From Candidatus Methylomirabilota bacterium (GTDB taxonomy: Bacteria; Methylomirabilota; Methylomirabilia; Methylomirabilales; CSP1-5), in the NCBI GenBank assembly GCA_019456075.1, contig VRUN01000002.1, forward strand, positions 1,418 to 65,417: a DNA stretch of 64,000 nucleotides, in the 5' to 3' direction. The stretch's first letter is position 1. Each line of letters starts with the position of its first letter. Below, piece after piece: positions 35,271 to 45,708 of this stretch. Below the pieces are notes generated by a model. The model was not told the origin of the DNA, ran no database searches, and saw nothing but the letters and a program-made list of their open reading frames with translations. The position numbers were made by a program, and so were the translations under genes.

Positions 35271-36815
35271 ATGGCCACACGGATTTTGATTTTCGACACG
35301 ACGTTACGCGACGGAGAGCAGTCTCCTGGCTACAGCATGAATACCCGGGAAAAGCTGGAGCTGGCGCGACAGATTGCCCGCCTTCGGGTCGATATTATCG
35401 AGGCGGGTTTCCCGATTGCCTCGCCGGGTGATTTCGAGGCGGTCAAGGTCATATCCCAAAACATCCGAGACGGAGTGACCATTGCTGGCCTGTGCCGGAC
35501 TCGGGATCAGGACATCGATCGGGCCTGGGAGGCACTCCAGCATGCGGAGCGTCCTCGAATCCACACGTTCATTGCCACGTCCGATATTCACATGCGGTAT
35601 AAACTGAAGATGAGCCGTGAGGAGGTACTTGAATCGGCCGTCCGGGCCGTAAAGAGGGCCCGAGGGTATACAGACGACGTCGAGTTTTCCTGTGAAGATG
35701 CCTGCCGCACCGATCAGGACTTCCTGTGCCAGGTGGTGGGGGCAGCCATCCAGGCGGGGGCCACGACGATCAATATCCCCGACACGGTGGGATATGTGAT
35801 TCCTTGGGAGTACGGCGAGCGGATGCGGGATCTCATGAATCGAGTTCCCAACATCGACAAGGTGGTCGTGAGCGTCCACACCCACAACGACTTGGGTCTG
35901 GCCGTCGCCAACTCCTTGGCAGGAGTAAGGGAGGGAGCCCGGCAGATCGAGTGCACCATCAACGGCATTGGCGAGCGCGCTGGAAATGCCTCCCTTGAAG
36001 AGATCGTTATGGCCATCAGGACCCGCAAAGACATCGTGGATGCCGAAACGGGAGTCAAGACCGAGGAGATCTACAAGACCTCGAAGCTGCTCACGACCAT
36101 CACCGGCATTCCAGTCCAGCCGAATAAGGCAATCGTCGGCGCCAATGCCTTTGCCCACGAAGCGGGAATCCACCAACACGGGATGCTGTCTCACGCCTTG
36201 ACCTACGAGATCATGACCCCGGAATCGGTGGGGGTCCCCCAGAGCCGTCTTGTCCTAGGGAAGCATTCGGGACGGCACGCCTTGAAGAAGCGCCTCCAAG
36301 ATCTGGGGGTGGATCTCGGTGAGGAGGACCTGTCAAAGGCTTTTCAGCGATTTAAGGAGTTGTGCGACAAGAAGAAGGAAGTTTTCGACGACGACCTCTT
36401 GGCCATCGTTGAGGAACAGGTACTCACCCTGTCCGAAACGTACGTGCTTGACCATCTGCAGTTCGCGAGTGGAACAAATATGATCCCGAGCGCTACGGTC
36501 CGCTTGAGGAAAGAGGACGAGATCCACCAGGAGTCAGGCTGCGGCGATGGCCCGGTCGATGCGACCTTCAAGGCCATCGACCAGATTACCGGGATGCACC
36601 CGCGGCTGAAGGACTATGGCATTCGCGCGGTGACATCGGGGAAGGATGCGCTGGGAGAGGTGATGGTCTCGATCGAGATCGATGGACAGACGATCATTGG
36701 TCGGGGGACCTCAACGGATGTGATTGAGGCTAGCGCGAAGGCCTATCTGAACGCCATTAACCGGGCGGTAGGCCGGAATGCACCCCCCGAAAAAGAGGTG
36801 AAAGAAGGCGTGTGA
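35271..36815 (+). CDS. leuA: 2-isopropylmalate synthase
   Basis: 514 aa with IFDTTLRDGEQSPG, HTHNDLG, and a C-terminal LeuA dimerisation/regulatory domain. Confidence 0.95.
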   Translation: MATRILIFDTTLRDGEQSPGYSMNTREKLELARQIARLRVDIIEAGFPIASPGDFEAVKVISQNIRDGVTIAGLCRTRDQDIDRAWEALQHAERPRIHTFIATSDIHMRYKLKMSREEVLESAVRAVKRARGYTDDVEFSCEDACRTDQDFLCQVVGAAIQAGATTINIPDTVGYVIPWEYGERMRDLMNRVPNIDKVVVSVHTHNDLGLAVANSLAGVREGARQIECTINGIGERAGNASLEEIVMAIRTRKDIVDAETGVKTEEIYKTSKLLTTITGIPVQPNKAIVGANAFAHEAGIHQHGMLSHALTYEIMTPESVGVPQSRLVLGKHSGRHALKKRLQDLGVDLGEEDLSKAFQRFKELCDKKKEVFDDDLLAIVEEQVLTLSETYVLDHLQFASGTNMIPSATVRLRKEDEIHQESGCGDGPVDATFKAIDQITGMHPRLKDYGIRAVTSGKDALGEVMVSIEIDGQTIIGRGTSTDVIEASAKAYLNAINRAVGRNAPPEKEVKEGV

Positions 36816-36875
36816 TGCGGATCCTCTTGCCCCTGGTGCTGGTATACGTGGGTCCTGTCTCGGAGAAACAATCCT

Positions 36876-38279
36876 ATGGCTGAAACACTCCTCGACAAGG
36901 TCTGGCGCACCCATACGGTCCGGACGCTTCCGTCGGGGCAGACGCAGCTCTTTGTCGGGTTACATCTTGTCCACGAGGTGACGAGCCCGCAGGCCTTCCA
37001 GATGATTCGCGAGACGAATCTGACCGTCCGCTTTCCGGAGAGGACGTTCGCCACGATTGATCACATCGTGCCGACCGCGTCCCAGCTTCGCCCCTTCGGC
37101 GATGTCCTGGCCGAGGAGATGACCGTCCACCTCCTCAGAAACTGCAAAGAGTTCGGGATCCCGCTGTTCGATCTCGACAGTGGCCGGCAGGGAATCGTCC
37201 ATGTCATCGGACCCGAACTGGGCTTGACCCAACCGGGGATGGTCATTGCGTGTGGCGACAGTCACACCGGGACGCACGGGGCCCTTGGAGCGCTCGCCTT
37301 CCCTATTGGTACCAGCCAGGTTCGGGATATTCTGGCGACGCAGTGCTTGGCATTGGCCAAGCCAAAGGTCCGGCAGATCCGTGTAGAGGGTAAGCTCGCG
37401 CGCGGTGTCTACGCCAAGGACGTGATCCTTGCGATCATTCAGCGGCTTGGGGTGCAGGGCGGGGTGGGCTATGCCTACGAATACGCCGGATCACTGGTCG
37501 AGGCGATGTCGATGGAGGAGCGCCTCACCATTTGCAACATGAGCATTGAAGGAGGCGCCCGGCTCGGGTACGTCAATCCCGACGCCAGGACGTTCGATTA
37601 CATCAAGGATCGCCCGTTTGCGCCCCACGGCGAGGCCTTTGATCGTGCGGTGGCGTGGTGGAGGAGCATGGCGACGGACCCGGGGGCTCGCTTCGATGAC
37701 GTGATCACGTTGGACGGCAGATCAATCCAGCCTGTGGTCACATGGGGAATCAACCCAGGGCAGTCTGTAGAGGTGAACGAACGGATCCCGGATCCGGCCG
37801 ATGCCCCGCAAGCCGACCGAGCCGCCTGGGCCGAAGCGCTGGCCTTCATGTCCTTTGAGCCGGGCCAGCAAATTGTCGGGACCAGGATTGACGTGGCGTT
37901 TATTGGCTCTTGTACCAATGCGCGAATTTCTGACCTACGTGCTGCTGCGGAGGTGGTGCGGGGACGGAAGGTCGCACAGGGGGTGCAGGCGCTTGTTGTT
38001 CCAGGCTCGCAGGCGGTGGCCGGGGCGGCCGAGGCCGAGGGGTTGCACGAAATCTTCCAGGAGGCCGGATTCGAGTGGCGGAAGGCCGGCTGTTCTCTAT
38101 GTTTGGGGATGAACGAAGACAAACTCAAGGGTCGGGAGATCTGCGCCTCCTCGAGCAACCGGAATTTCAAGGGGCGTCAGGGTTCCCCGACGGGGCGGAC
38201 GCTGTTGATGAGCCCGGCCATGGTGGCCGCGGCGGCCGTCACCGGAGAAGTCACCGACGTGCGGGAGTTGCTGCGATGA
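36876..38279 (+). CDS. leuC: 3-isopropylmalate dehydratase large subunit
   Basis: 467 aa aconitase-family protein. Cluster Cys residues are in IGSCTN and CSLCLGMN. Confidence 0.95.
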   Translation: MAETLLDKVWRTHTVRTLPSGQTQLFVGLHLVHEVTSPQAFQMIRETNLTVRFPERTFATIDHIVPTASQLRPFGDVLAEEMTVHLLRNCKEFGIPLFDLDSGRQGIVHVIGPELGLTQPGMVIACGDSHTGTHGALGALAFPIGTSQVRDILATQCLALAKPKVRQIRVEGKLARGVYAKDVILAIIQRLGVQGGVGYAYEYAGSLVEAMSMEERLTICNMSIEGGARLGYVNPDARTFDYIKDRPFAPHGEAFDRAVAWWRSMATDPGARFDDVITLDGRSIQPVVTWGINPGQSVEVNERIPDPADAPQADRAAWAEALAFMSFEPGQQIVGTRIDVAFIGSCTNARISDLRAAAEVVRGRKVAQGVQALVVPGSQAVAGAAEAEGLHEIFQEAGFEWRKAGCSLCLGMNEDKLKGREICASSSNRNFKGRQGSPTGRTLLMSPAMVAAAAVTGEVTDVRELLR

Positions 38280-38866
38280 GTCCTATCCGGCGGACAATCG
38301 TCGGCCGGGGTCTTCCCCTGCCGGGTAAGGACATCGACACCGACCGGATCATGCCTGCTCGGTTCCTGAAAAGCGTCACGTTTGAGGGGCTCGAAGAGCA
38401 CCTCTTTGAGGATGATCGTTTGCAGTTCGCGGACCATTCGTTCAACCAAGAGCGGTACAAGGGGGCCACGATCCTCGTGGTCGGCCAGAACTTCGGCTGC
38501 GGCTCGTCACGCGAGCACGCGCCGGAGGGGCTGCGGCGATGGGGAATCCGCGGCATCGTCGGCGAGTCGTTTGGGGACATCTTCTTGGGAAACTGCACCG
38601 CCCTCGGGATCCCCTGTCTTACCGTAGACGTGGAAGATGCGGACTGGTTGATGGAGGCCGTTGTGGAAGATCCCGAACGCGAGATCGTGCTCGACGTTGA
38701 AAACCAAGAGGTCCTCTTTGGTGAACGAGCCATGCCCGCCGTGATTCCGACAGGCCACCACAAGCAGCTCTTGACAGGCACGTGGAACGCGACTTTCGTC
38801 CTGTTGGAGGCGGGAGAGGAGATCGAACGGGTGGCCAAGAGCCTTCCATACCTTTCCGGACACTGA
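38276..38866 (+). CDS. leuD: 3-isopropylmalate dehydratase small subunit
   Basis: ORF 38075..38866. The real start is ATG 38276 in an ATGA overlap with the leuC stop ([32 protein letters not shown]). It has [13 protein letters not shown]. Confidence 0.9.
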   Translation: MSPIRRTIVGRGLPLPGKDIDTDRIMPARFLKSVTFEGLEEHLFEDDRLQFADHSFNQERYKGATILVVGQNFGCGSSREHAPEGLRRWGIRGIVGESFGDIFLGNCTALGIPCLTVDVEDADWLMEAVVEDPEREIVLDVENQEVLFGERAMPAVIPTGHHKQLLTGTWNATFVLLEAGEEIERVAKSLPYLSGH

Positions 38867-38869
38867 TGT

Positions 38870-38964
38870 GGTTCACGGTTCACAGTTGACTGTTCACCGA
38901 ATCAATGGAAGTACTACTCAATAAGACAGTTTTTTTGTGAACTGAGAGCAGTGGACTGTGAACG
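38870..38964. repeat. Intercistronic palindromic element built from GGTTCAC/GTGAAC heptamers (copy B)
   Basis: GGTTCAC GGTTCAC AGTTGAC TGTTCAC (38870-97), then a 39-nt AT-rich spacer ending in T7, then GTGAACT GAGAGCA GTGGACT GTGAACG (38937-64). The arms are complementary at 20/28 positions. The element starts 4 nt after the leuD stop and ends 10 nt before the asd ATG. Confidence 0.65.
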
Positions 38965-38973
38965 GGAGTTGGC

Positions 38974-40002
38974 ATGAGCCGAGCGGGATACCGTGTAGCG
39001 ATTGCCGGGGCAACGGGCGCGGTGGGGCAGACGATGCTCTCGATCCTTTCAGAGCGCGACTTTCCCGTGGGAAGCCTCCGACTCCTTGCCTCAGAACGCT
39101 CGGAAGGCAAGGTGCTGCCATTCCGTGGGGAGGATGTGAAGATCGAGAGGCTTACGGAACACTCCTTTCACGGGGTGGAATTGGCCTTCTTCTCTGCAGG
39201 CGCGAGCCGCAGCAAGGCATTTGCCCCTGCAGCCGTAAAAGCGGGGGCGTTAGTGATCGACAACAGCTCAGCTTTCCGAATGGACCCGGAAGTCCCTCTG
39301 GTGGTCCCAGAAGTGAATCCGGCAGCTGCCAGTCAGCACAAGGGGCTGATCGCCAACCCCAACTGCACCACGACGGTGACCGTCATGGCCCTGAAACCGC
39401 TGCACGATGCGGCGACCGTCAGGCGGGTCATCGTCTCGAGCTATCAAGCAGTCTCTGGCGCCGGCGCCCAGGCCGTTGAAGAGCTCAGGGAACAAGTCTT
39501 TGCGTGGGTGAAAGGGGAGGAGGCGAAAGCTACAGTTTTCCCGCACCCGATTGCCTTTAACCTCATTCCGCATGTGGATGTCTTCGAAGAGAGCGGCTAT
39601 ACCAGGGAAGAGATGAAGCTGGTTCATGAAACGCGGAAGCTCCTGGGAGATGCCACGATAAAAATTGCCGCTACCACGGTCCGTGTCCCGGTCTGGTACG
39701 CCCACTCAGTCTCCGTGACTGCAGAGACAGAGCGGAAGATAACAGTGGGGGAGGCCCGACAGCTGTTTGCGAGCTTCCCGGGCCTTGAGCTCTGGGATGA
39801 CCCAGCACACGGTCACTATCCGATGCCGGCGATGGCAGTCGGGAAGGACGCGTGTTACGTCGGCCGGGTTCGGGAGGATCTGTCCAGTGATCATGGGTTG
39901 AATTTTTGGGCCGTGGGGGATCAGCTTCGGAAGGGTGCCGCACTCAATGCGGTTCAGATCGCCGAACTCGTGCTGGAGGTGACAAGGCCAGGTGCCGGGT
40001 AG
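38974..40002 (+). CDS. asd: Aspartate-semialdehyde dehydrogenase
   Basis: 342 aa with N-terminal GATGAVG and active-site NPNCTT. Confidence 0.95.
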   Translation: MSRAGYRVAIAGATGAVGQTMLSILSERDFPVGSLRLLASERSEGKVLPFRGEDVKIERLTEHSFHGVELAFFSAGASRSKAFAPAAVKAGALVIDNSSAFRMDPEVPLVVPEVNPAAASQHKGLIANPNCTTTVTVMALKPLHDAATVRRVIVSSYQAVSGAGAQAVEELREQVFAWVKGEEAKATVFPHPIAFNLIPHVDVFEESGYTREEMKLVHETRKLLGDATIKIAATTVRVPVWYAHSVSVTAETERKITVGEARQLFASFPGLELWDDPAHGHYPMPAMAVGKDACYVGRVREDLSSDHGLNFWAVGDQLRKGAALNAVQIAELVLEVTRPGAG

Positions 40003-40736
40003 TGCAGAATCTCAAGCTGATTGTAGAATACGACGGGACAGGATATCACGGCTGGCAGGTCCAGCCCGGCCTGCCGACCATTCAAGGGGTTCTGCAGGAG
40101 GCGGTAAAACGCATATCGGGCGAGGAGGTGTCCATCACCAGCGCAGGCCGGACTGATGCGGGTGTCCACGCCCTAGGGCAGGTGGCGAACTTCTGTACGC
40201 GGAAAGAATTCACCCCCGACCGATGGCAACGAGCCTTGAATGGCCTGCTTCCACCTGATATTGCGGTGTGCCGAGTGGAACAAGCCTCCACGGACTTTGA
40301 GGCCCGACGGTCAGCCAGAGACAAAACCTATCGCTATACCATCCTGAATGCCCCTCACCCTTCTGCGCTCGAACGGCACTGGCTTCTTCACATTCCCGAG
40401 CCCTTAGACCTGGCTTCGATGGCCGAGGCTGCGGCTACCCTCATTGGTGAGCATGATTTCTCCACCTTCCGAGCGGCCAACGCCGAGTCTCCCAATGCCA
40501 TCCGTCACATCTATGAAGCCCGCTTTGTCGCTGAGGGGAGCCGCCTTCAATTTATTGTCACGGGAAACGGGTTCCTGAAGCACATGATCCGCATCATGGT
40601 GGGAACACTGCTCGATGTGGGAAGGGGCAGGCTGACTCCCGAGCACTTTCGGCAAATATTGGACTCGAAGGATCGGCGGCGCGCCGGGAAAACGGCCCCC
40701 CCGCATGGCCTGTGTCTCATGCACGTCAGGTATTGA
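40002..40736 (+). CDS. truA: tRNA pseudouridine(38-40) synthase TruA
   Basis: ORF 39906..40736; likely start is GTG 40002, sharing one nt with the asd stop (VQNLKLIVEYDGTGYHGWQ). It has the catalytic GRTDAGVHA. Confidence 0.9.
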   Translation: MQNLKLIVEYDGTGYHGWQVQPGLPTIQGVLQEAVKRISGEEVSITSAGRTDAGVHALGQVANFCTRKEFTPDRWQRALNGLLPPDIAVCRVEQASTDFEARRSARDKTYRYTILNAPHPSALERHWLLHIPEPLDLASMAEAAATLIGEHDFSTFRAANAESPNAIRHIYEARFVAEGSRLQFIVTGNGFLKHMIRIMVGTLLDVGRGRLTPEHFRQILDSKDRRRAGKTAPPHGLCLMHVRY

Positions 40737-40748
40737 GGAGGGGCATAC

Positions 40749-41018
40749 GTGGCCATTGCGGGGAATCCATTAGTCATGGCTCGAGAAATTGGAGATGGCT
40801 TTCGACCTTTGACCCCTGCCACGTTGAAAAGGTACACACCCGCTGATTTGAAGGTCATCAACACCAATCTCCAACAGGTCCTCCGAGAGGTCCGGGGAGA
40901 TGTGCCTCCGCCAGACGATGCTGAGGCTACGCGAAAGAAAAACCTCCGCATGCAGCGCTTGAACCAGGCCATCCTTATGCTCACCAACTACTGCCGGCAA
41001 CAGCGAATTTCTCTGTAA
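40749..41018 (+). CDS. Hypothetical protein (89 aa)
   Basis: The ORF fills the gap between truA and leuS with reasonable codon usage. No recognisable motif is present. Confidence 0.4.
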   Translation: MAIAGNPLVMAREIGDGFRPLTPATLKRYTPADLKVINTNLQQVLREVRGDVPPPDDAEATRKKNLRMQRLNQAILMLTNYCRQQRISL

Positions 41019-41120
41019 GCAATCGGCGAAGAAATGACTTCCGTTTCGGGGCAAGAGTTGCAACACTCCGGCGCCTGTGCTATCTATTAGCGAAAATTCC
41101 AGGGGAATCTGAGGGTTGGT

Positions 41121-43700
41121 ATGGCAAGACCTTATGATTTCAAGACCCTAGAAGCTAAGTGGCAACGGATCTGGGAGGAGCGGAGGGCCTTCCGGGTGAC
41201 GGAGGACCCCGCAAAGCCAAAGTACTACTGCCTCGAGATGTACCCATATCCTTCCGGCAAGATCCATATGGGGCACGTTCGCAATTACTCCATTGGGGAT
41301 GTCGTCGCCCGTTACTTCTGGATGCGAGGCTATAATGTCCTTCACCCTATGGGGTGGGACTCATTCGGCTTGCCTGCAGAGAATGCGGCCATCGAGCACG
41401 GTGTCCATCCTGCCACCTGGACCACCGAGAATATTGCGTACATGCGAAAACAGTTGAAGCAGATGGGCCTCTCGTATGACTGGGATCGAGAGATCACCTC
41501 CAGTGATCCAGATTACTACCACTGGAATCAGTGGCTCTTCCTCAAAATGTATGAAAAGGGGCTTGCCTACAAGAAGCCCGCCTTCGTCAACTGGTGCGAG
41601 GTATGCCAGACCGTCCTTGCCAACGAACAGGTGGAGGGAGGGCAATGCTGGCGTGACGAGTCGGAGGTCATCCAAAAAGAACTCGACCAGTGGTTCTTCA
41701 AGATCACTGCGTATGCCGACGAACTCCTCGACGGGCTCGATCGGCTTTCAGGTTGGCCGGAACGGGTCAAAACAATGCAGCGAAACTGGATTGGAAAGAG
41801 CGTGGGCGCAGAGGTTGAGTTCCCCCTGGTGGGTGGACTGGGCCCCATCACGATCTTCACGACCCGACAAGACACCCTTTACGGGGCCACCTTCATGGTA
41901 TTGGCCCCGGAACATCCCCTCGCCCTACAGCTTGGGCAAGGGAGTCCGGAAGTTCAGGCCTTCGTTGAGCGGATGCGCGTGGAAGACCGAATAGTCCGCA
42001 CCGCCCCCGAGACTGAGAAAGAAGGGGTCTTCACTGGCGCGTACGCGATCAATCCCTTGACGGAAGAACACATTCCCATCTGGGTGGCTAATTTCGTCCT
42101 CTTGGAGTATGGGACAGGGGCCATTATGGCCGTCCCTGCTCATGACCAGCGCGACTTCGAATTCGCCACGAGGTACGGTCTTCCGATCCGGGTGGTGATT
42201 CAACCAGAAGAGCAAGCGCTCACAGTGGAGGATTTAGAAAAAGCCTATGAAGGCGAAGGGGTGATGGTGAATTCGAGCTCCTTCAGTGGATTGCCATCTG
42301 CGCCAGGACGCGAGGCGGTGGTTCTGTATTTGGAAGAAAAACGCATCGGGAAACGGGCAGTGAACTATCGGCTACGGGACTGGGGCATTTCCCGCCAGCG
42401 GTACTGGGGGACGCCGATTCCCATTATCCTCTGTGAACGATGCGGTACCGTCCCCGTCCCTTATGCAGACCTGCCCGTTCTCCTGCCGCAGGATGTGGAG
42501 ATCACCATGAAGGGCGGTTCTCCCCTCACCAGGCTTGAAAGCTTCGTGAATGTGCCGTGTCCGACCTGCCAGGGGCCAGCCCGGCGGGAGACCGATACGA
42601 TGGACACGTTTGTTGATTCCTCCTGGTACTTTCTTCGTTTCTGCAGTCCGCAGGCGCGGGACCAGGCTCTGGAGAAGCCGAAGGTGGCCTACTGGATGCC
42701 GGTCGACCAGTATATCGGCGGAATCGAACACGCGGTCCTGCACCTCCTATACGCGCGGTTCTTCACTAAGGTGATCCGGGATCTCGCCCTCATCTCGCAT
42801 GATGAACCATTTGAGAATCTCCTCACCCAAGGAATGGTCTGCAAGGAGACCTCCCGGTGTCCTCAACATGGGTACCGCTTTCCATACGAGGTGGACGCCC
42901 AAGGTCACTGTACCGAGTGTGGTCAGCCAGTCGAGGTCGGTCGGACCGAGAAGATGTCCAAATCACGCCGGAATGTAGTGGACCCGGACGACCTCCTGAG
43001 TCGATATGGGGCAGACACAGCACGGCTCTTTTCCCTTTTTGCCGCCCCCCCGGAGAAGGACCTCGAATGGTCCGACAGGGGGGTCGAGGGAGCCTTCCGA
43101 TTTCTGAATCGGGTCTATCGATTGGTGGATGGATGGGTGGAGGAGCTCCGTCATCCGGCGCCGCGCATTTCCTTCGCCGCTCTCACGATTGGGCGGCCGC
43201 TCTGCCAAAAGGCGCACCTGGCTATCAAGAAGGTGACCGAGGATATCGACCGGGACTTTCACTTCAACACCGCCATCGCCGCCCTGATGGAGCTCGTAAA
43301 CATGCTGGGGCTGTTCGAGCTACATGGAGGTCCAGAGGAGGAGGCAGAACGGCGTGCGGTGGCTCGCTTTGCCGTCGAGACGTTGCTCATCCTCCTTGCC
43401 CCGTTTGCTCCCCATCTGGCAGAGGAACTCTGGGAGCGCCTTGGACATGGCCGAAACATCTTTGAGGAGCCGTGGCCGACGTATGACGTCGAGGCGATAC
43501 AGCGAGAGGAGCTCCTGGTGGTGGTCCAGGTGAATGGCAAACTGCGGAGTCGGATTTCCCTTCCCGCGGATGCCGGAGAGGAAGACCTCCGGTTGGCGGC
43601 CCTTCAAGACAGTCGGGTTCAGACCTGGCTCGAGGGCAGACAGGTAAAACGGGTAGTGGTCGTTCCCAAAAAACTGGTAAACATCGTGACCGACCAATAG
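41121..43700 (+). CDS. leuS: Leucine--tRNA ligase
   Basis: 859 aa with HMGH ([10 protein letters not shown]), a CP1 editing domain, and KMSKS (EKMSKSRRN). Confidence 0.98.
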   Translation: MARPYDFKTLEAKWQRIWEERRAFRVTEDPAKPKYYCLEMYPYPSGKIHMGHVRNYSIGDVVARYFWMRGYNVLHPMGWDSFGLPAENAAIEHGVHPATWTTENIAYMRKQLKQMGLSYDWDREITSSDPDYYHWNQWLFLKMYEKGLAYKKPAFVNWCEVCQTVLANEQVEGGQCWRDESEVIQKELDQWFFKITAYADELLDGLDRLSGWPERVKTMQRNWIGKSVGAEVEFPLVGGLGPITIFTTRQDTLYGATFMVLAPEHPLALQLGQGSPEVQAFVERMRVEDRIVRTAPETEKEGVFTGAYAINPLTEEHIPIWVANFVLLEYGTGAIMAVPAHDQRDFEFATRYGLPIRVVIQPEEQALTVEDLEKAYEGEGVMVNSSSFSGLPSAPGREAVVLYLEEKRIGKRAVNYRLRDWGISRQRYWGTPIPIILCERCGTVPVPYADLPVLLPQDVEITMKGGSPLTRLESFVNVPCPTCQGPARRETDTMDTFVDSSWYFLRFCSPQARDQALEKPKVAYWMPVDQYIGGIEHAVLHLLYARFFTKVIRDLALISHDEPFENLLTQGMVCKETSRCPQHGYRFPYEVDAQGHCTECGQPVEVGRTEKMSKSRRNVVDPDDLLSRYGADTARLFSLFAAPPEKDLEWSDRGVEGAFRFLNRVYRLVDGWVEELRHPAPRISFAALTIGRPLCQKAHLAIKKVTEDIDRDFHFNTAIAALMELVNMLGLFELHGGPEEEAERRAVARFAVETLLILLAPFAPHLAEELWERLGHGRNIFEEPWPTYDVEAIQREELLVVVQVNGKLRSRISLPADAGEEDLRLAALQDSRVQTWLEGRQVKRVVVVPKKLVNIVTDQ

Positions 43701-43704
43701 CAGT

Positions 43705-43840
43705 GGTCAGCAATCAGCTGCCAGCAGTCAGCAATAAAGCATCAACGTTGGCCCTTAGGGCGCCGAACGGCAAATAGCTTATGGCTCATAGCACGTTGCC
43801 GAGCTCTGGTTCCCAATTGCTGACGGCGGACAGCTGGCAG
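43705..43840. repeat. Intergenic element with inverted arrays of nnYCAGC / GCTGRnn heptamers (copy C)
   Basis: GGTCAGC AATCAGC TGCCAGC AGTCAGC (43705-32) and GCTGACG GCGGACA GCTGGCA (43819-39). Perfect pairings are GTCAGCAAT with ATTGCTGAC (43727-35 with 43816-24) and CTGCCAGC with GCTGGCAG (43718-25 with 43833-40). Confidence 0.6.
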
Positions 43841-43856
43841 CCCGAGATGGAGTATC

Positions 43857-44363
43857 GTGAAGAAGTCTGTGGTATACATCAACCTTTTCCTTCTCGCAGC
43901 GCTTCTGGGAGCCTGCGGCTATCGCGGCCAGGTTACCCTTCCCGACAATCTCAAGCGGATCCACCTTACGGTTAACAATACCGGGGTCTTTCGGCCGGGG
44001 GTCGAGACCGATGTCAGGCAGGCCCTAACACAACGCATCCTGAACGCCGGTGGGCAGGTCGTGACAGAAAAGAGTCGAGCGGATGTAACGATGAAGGCGA
44101 CCCTTACCGCCATCGAAAATAACGCGGTGGCTTTCACTTCGGCGGACATTGCCTCACGGTTTCGTATGGTGGTTGTCCTCGACTTGGAGGTGATCCAGCG
44201 GAATGGCAAGGAGCAGCTGGCAAAGGAGCAGGTCCGAGGAGAAGCGTACTATTCGGCGCCTAAGGGGATCAGAGGGACCGAGGTGGCGGAAAATAATGCG
44301 ATCCGCCGGGCCATTCGTGACCTCGCCGATGAGGTTATGGCAAGGGTAGTGGAACCCTTTTGA
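43857..44363 (+). CDS. lptE: LPS-assembly lipoprotein LptE (RlpB)
   Basis: Lipoprotein signal peptide with lipobox LLGAC. It is 168 aa and sits in the conserved leuS-lptE-holA synteny. Confidence 0.75.
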   Translation: MKKSVVYINLFLLAALLGACGYRGQVTLPDNLKRIHLTVNNTGVFRPGVETDVRQALTQRILNAGGQVVTEKSRADVTMKATLTAIENNAVAFTSADIASRFRMVVVLDLEVIQRNGKEQLAKEQVRGEAYYSAPKGIRGTEVAENNAIRRAIRDLADEVMARVVEPF

Positions 44364-44396
44364 GGGACGACGCTGTTAGAACCAGTCCTCCAAGCC

Positions 44397-45386
44397 GTGA
44401 TCCGGGGCCAGGCAGCTCCGGTGTACCTCCTGGTGGGTGAGGAGGTCCTGCTCCGCGAAGAATTTCTCTCTCGTCTTCTTGGAGCCCTCCTGCCTTCCGG
44501 GATGGAGTCTCTTAACCTGGAAATCCTCTCGGGGAGTGAGGCAGCCGGGGCAGATCTCATCACACGCTGCCGCACCGTTCCAGCCTTTTCGGCGCGGCGG
44601 GTCGTGTTACTGAAAGAAGCTGACCGCCTCCGAACGGAGGGGTGGGAAGCCGTCCTCGCCTATTTGGAAGCCCCCTCTTCCACCACGTGTCTCATCTGTG
44701 TCGCCGATAAACTGGAGACCGCCGACCGCAGACTGCAGCGCATAGAGCAAGTGGGGAAGGTCCTTCGGTTTGCCCCCCCGCGAAACGAAGACGAGCGTCA
44801 ACGACGGACGCAAAGATGGATGCGTGACCGGGCGAGGCAGCAAGGAAAATCGCTGACCCCCGAAGCGGAAATGCTCCTCCTCACGCTTCAAGGCCCGGAC
44901 CTTCTCCGCCTCGCCCAGGAGGTGGACAAGCTCTGTCTCTTTGTGGGGGAAGGGCAGCAGATCGACCTTGAGGCGGTGGAAGCCTTGGTGGGCCAGGGGC
45001 GAGTGCACGGGATCTTTGAGCTGACCCGAGCGGTAGGGCACCGGGACCTGGATGGAGCGTTGTCTTGCCTCCGCCGTCTGCTGGAGGGGGGAGAGGAGCC
45101 GCTAGCGATCCTCGGAATGCTGGCGCGTCAAGTGCGCCTCCTGCTGCGGGCCAAGGACCTCGTCGACGAGTCACGCCCTCCTGGCGAGATCAGCCGCCTG
45201 TTGGGGGTCCCACGGGTGTTTCTTTCAGAAATTCTCGAGGGGGCCAAGGTCTCCTCCGTGGCCCGACTGGAGCAAGGTCTTATGCGCCTTCTCGATCTGG
45301 ATCGGGCACTCAAATCTTCAGGAAGACTGCAGCCCCTTTATCTCGAATTGGCCGTTATTGATCTCTGTTCAGGAGGAAAGACTTAG
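44397..45386 (+). CDS. holA: DNA polymerase III delta subunit
   Basis: 329 aa with N-terminal PVYLLVGEE. It is delta-subunit-like throughout, in synteny with lptE. Confidence 0.85.
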   Translation: MIRGQAAPVYLLVGEEVLLREEFLSRLLGALLPSGMESLNLEILSGSEAAGADLITRCRTVPAFSARRVVLLKEADRLRTEGWEAVLAYLEAPSSTTCLICVADKLETADRRLQRIEQVGKVLRFAPPRNEDERQRRTQRWMRDRARQQGKSLTPEAEMLLLTLQGPDLLRLAQEVDKLCLFVGEGQQIDLEAVEALVGQGRVHGIFELTRAVGHRDLDGALSCLRRLLEGGEEPLAILGMLARQVRLLLRAKDLVDESRPPGEISRLLGVPRVFLSEILEGAKVSSVARLEQGLMRLLDLDRALKSSGRLQPLYLELAVIDLCSGGKT

Positions 45387-45655
45387 GCAGCGCTTCCGCG
45401 AGTGTGCAAATGACGGGCAAGCCGTGATTTGTACCGGGCCGCCGTTCGGGAATGGATGACCCCCTTAGAGGCGGTCTTGTCGATGGTGGCGACCGCGGCC
45501 TGGAATGCAACCATGGCCGCGTCCCGGTTCCCCCTGTCTAGCGCCTGACGCACTTTCTTGATACTCGTCCGGAGTTCGCTCTTGGCTGACCGGTTACGCA
45601 AAGTTCGGCTTCTCGCCTGGCGCAGGCGCTTCGCTGCTGATTTTGTGTTTGGCAT
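45383..45655 (-). CDS. rpsT: 30S ribosomal protein S20
   Basis: MPNTKSAAKRLRQARSRTLRNRSAKSELRTSIKKV... is a canonical S20 sequence. Its stop overlaps the holA stop (cTTAg). Confidence 0.97.
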   Translation of the reverse strand: MPNTKSAAKRLRQARSRTLRNRSAKSELRTSIKKVRQALDRGNRDAAMVAFQAAVATIDKTASKGVIHSRTAARYKSRLARHLHTRGSAA

Positions 45656-45708
45656 GGATCCTCCTTAGGCAAAGTAACCGACACATTTTATAAAGGAATT
45701 GTCCCCTC

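Noticed and set aside
38075-38275. N-terminal extensions of track ORFs that overlap the preceding gene (leuD 38075, truA 39906, cmk 55220, miaA 53156, aroA 54210, BtuF-like 18918, icmB 21793, mec 230, hemD-like 6519)
   Set aside because: Homolog N-termini and SD/ATGA-type coupling signals indicate downstream starts. The extensions read through the 3' ends of upstream genes in another frame.
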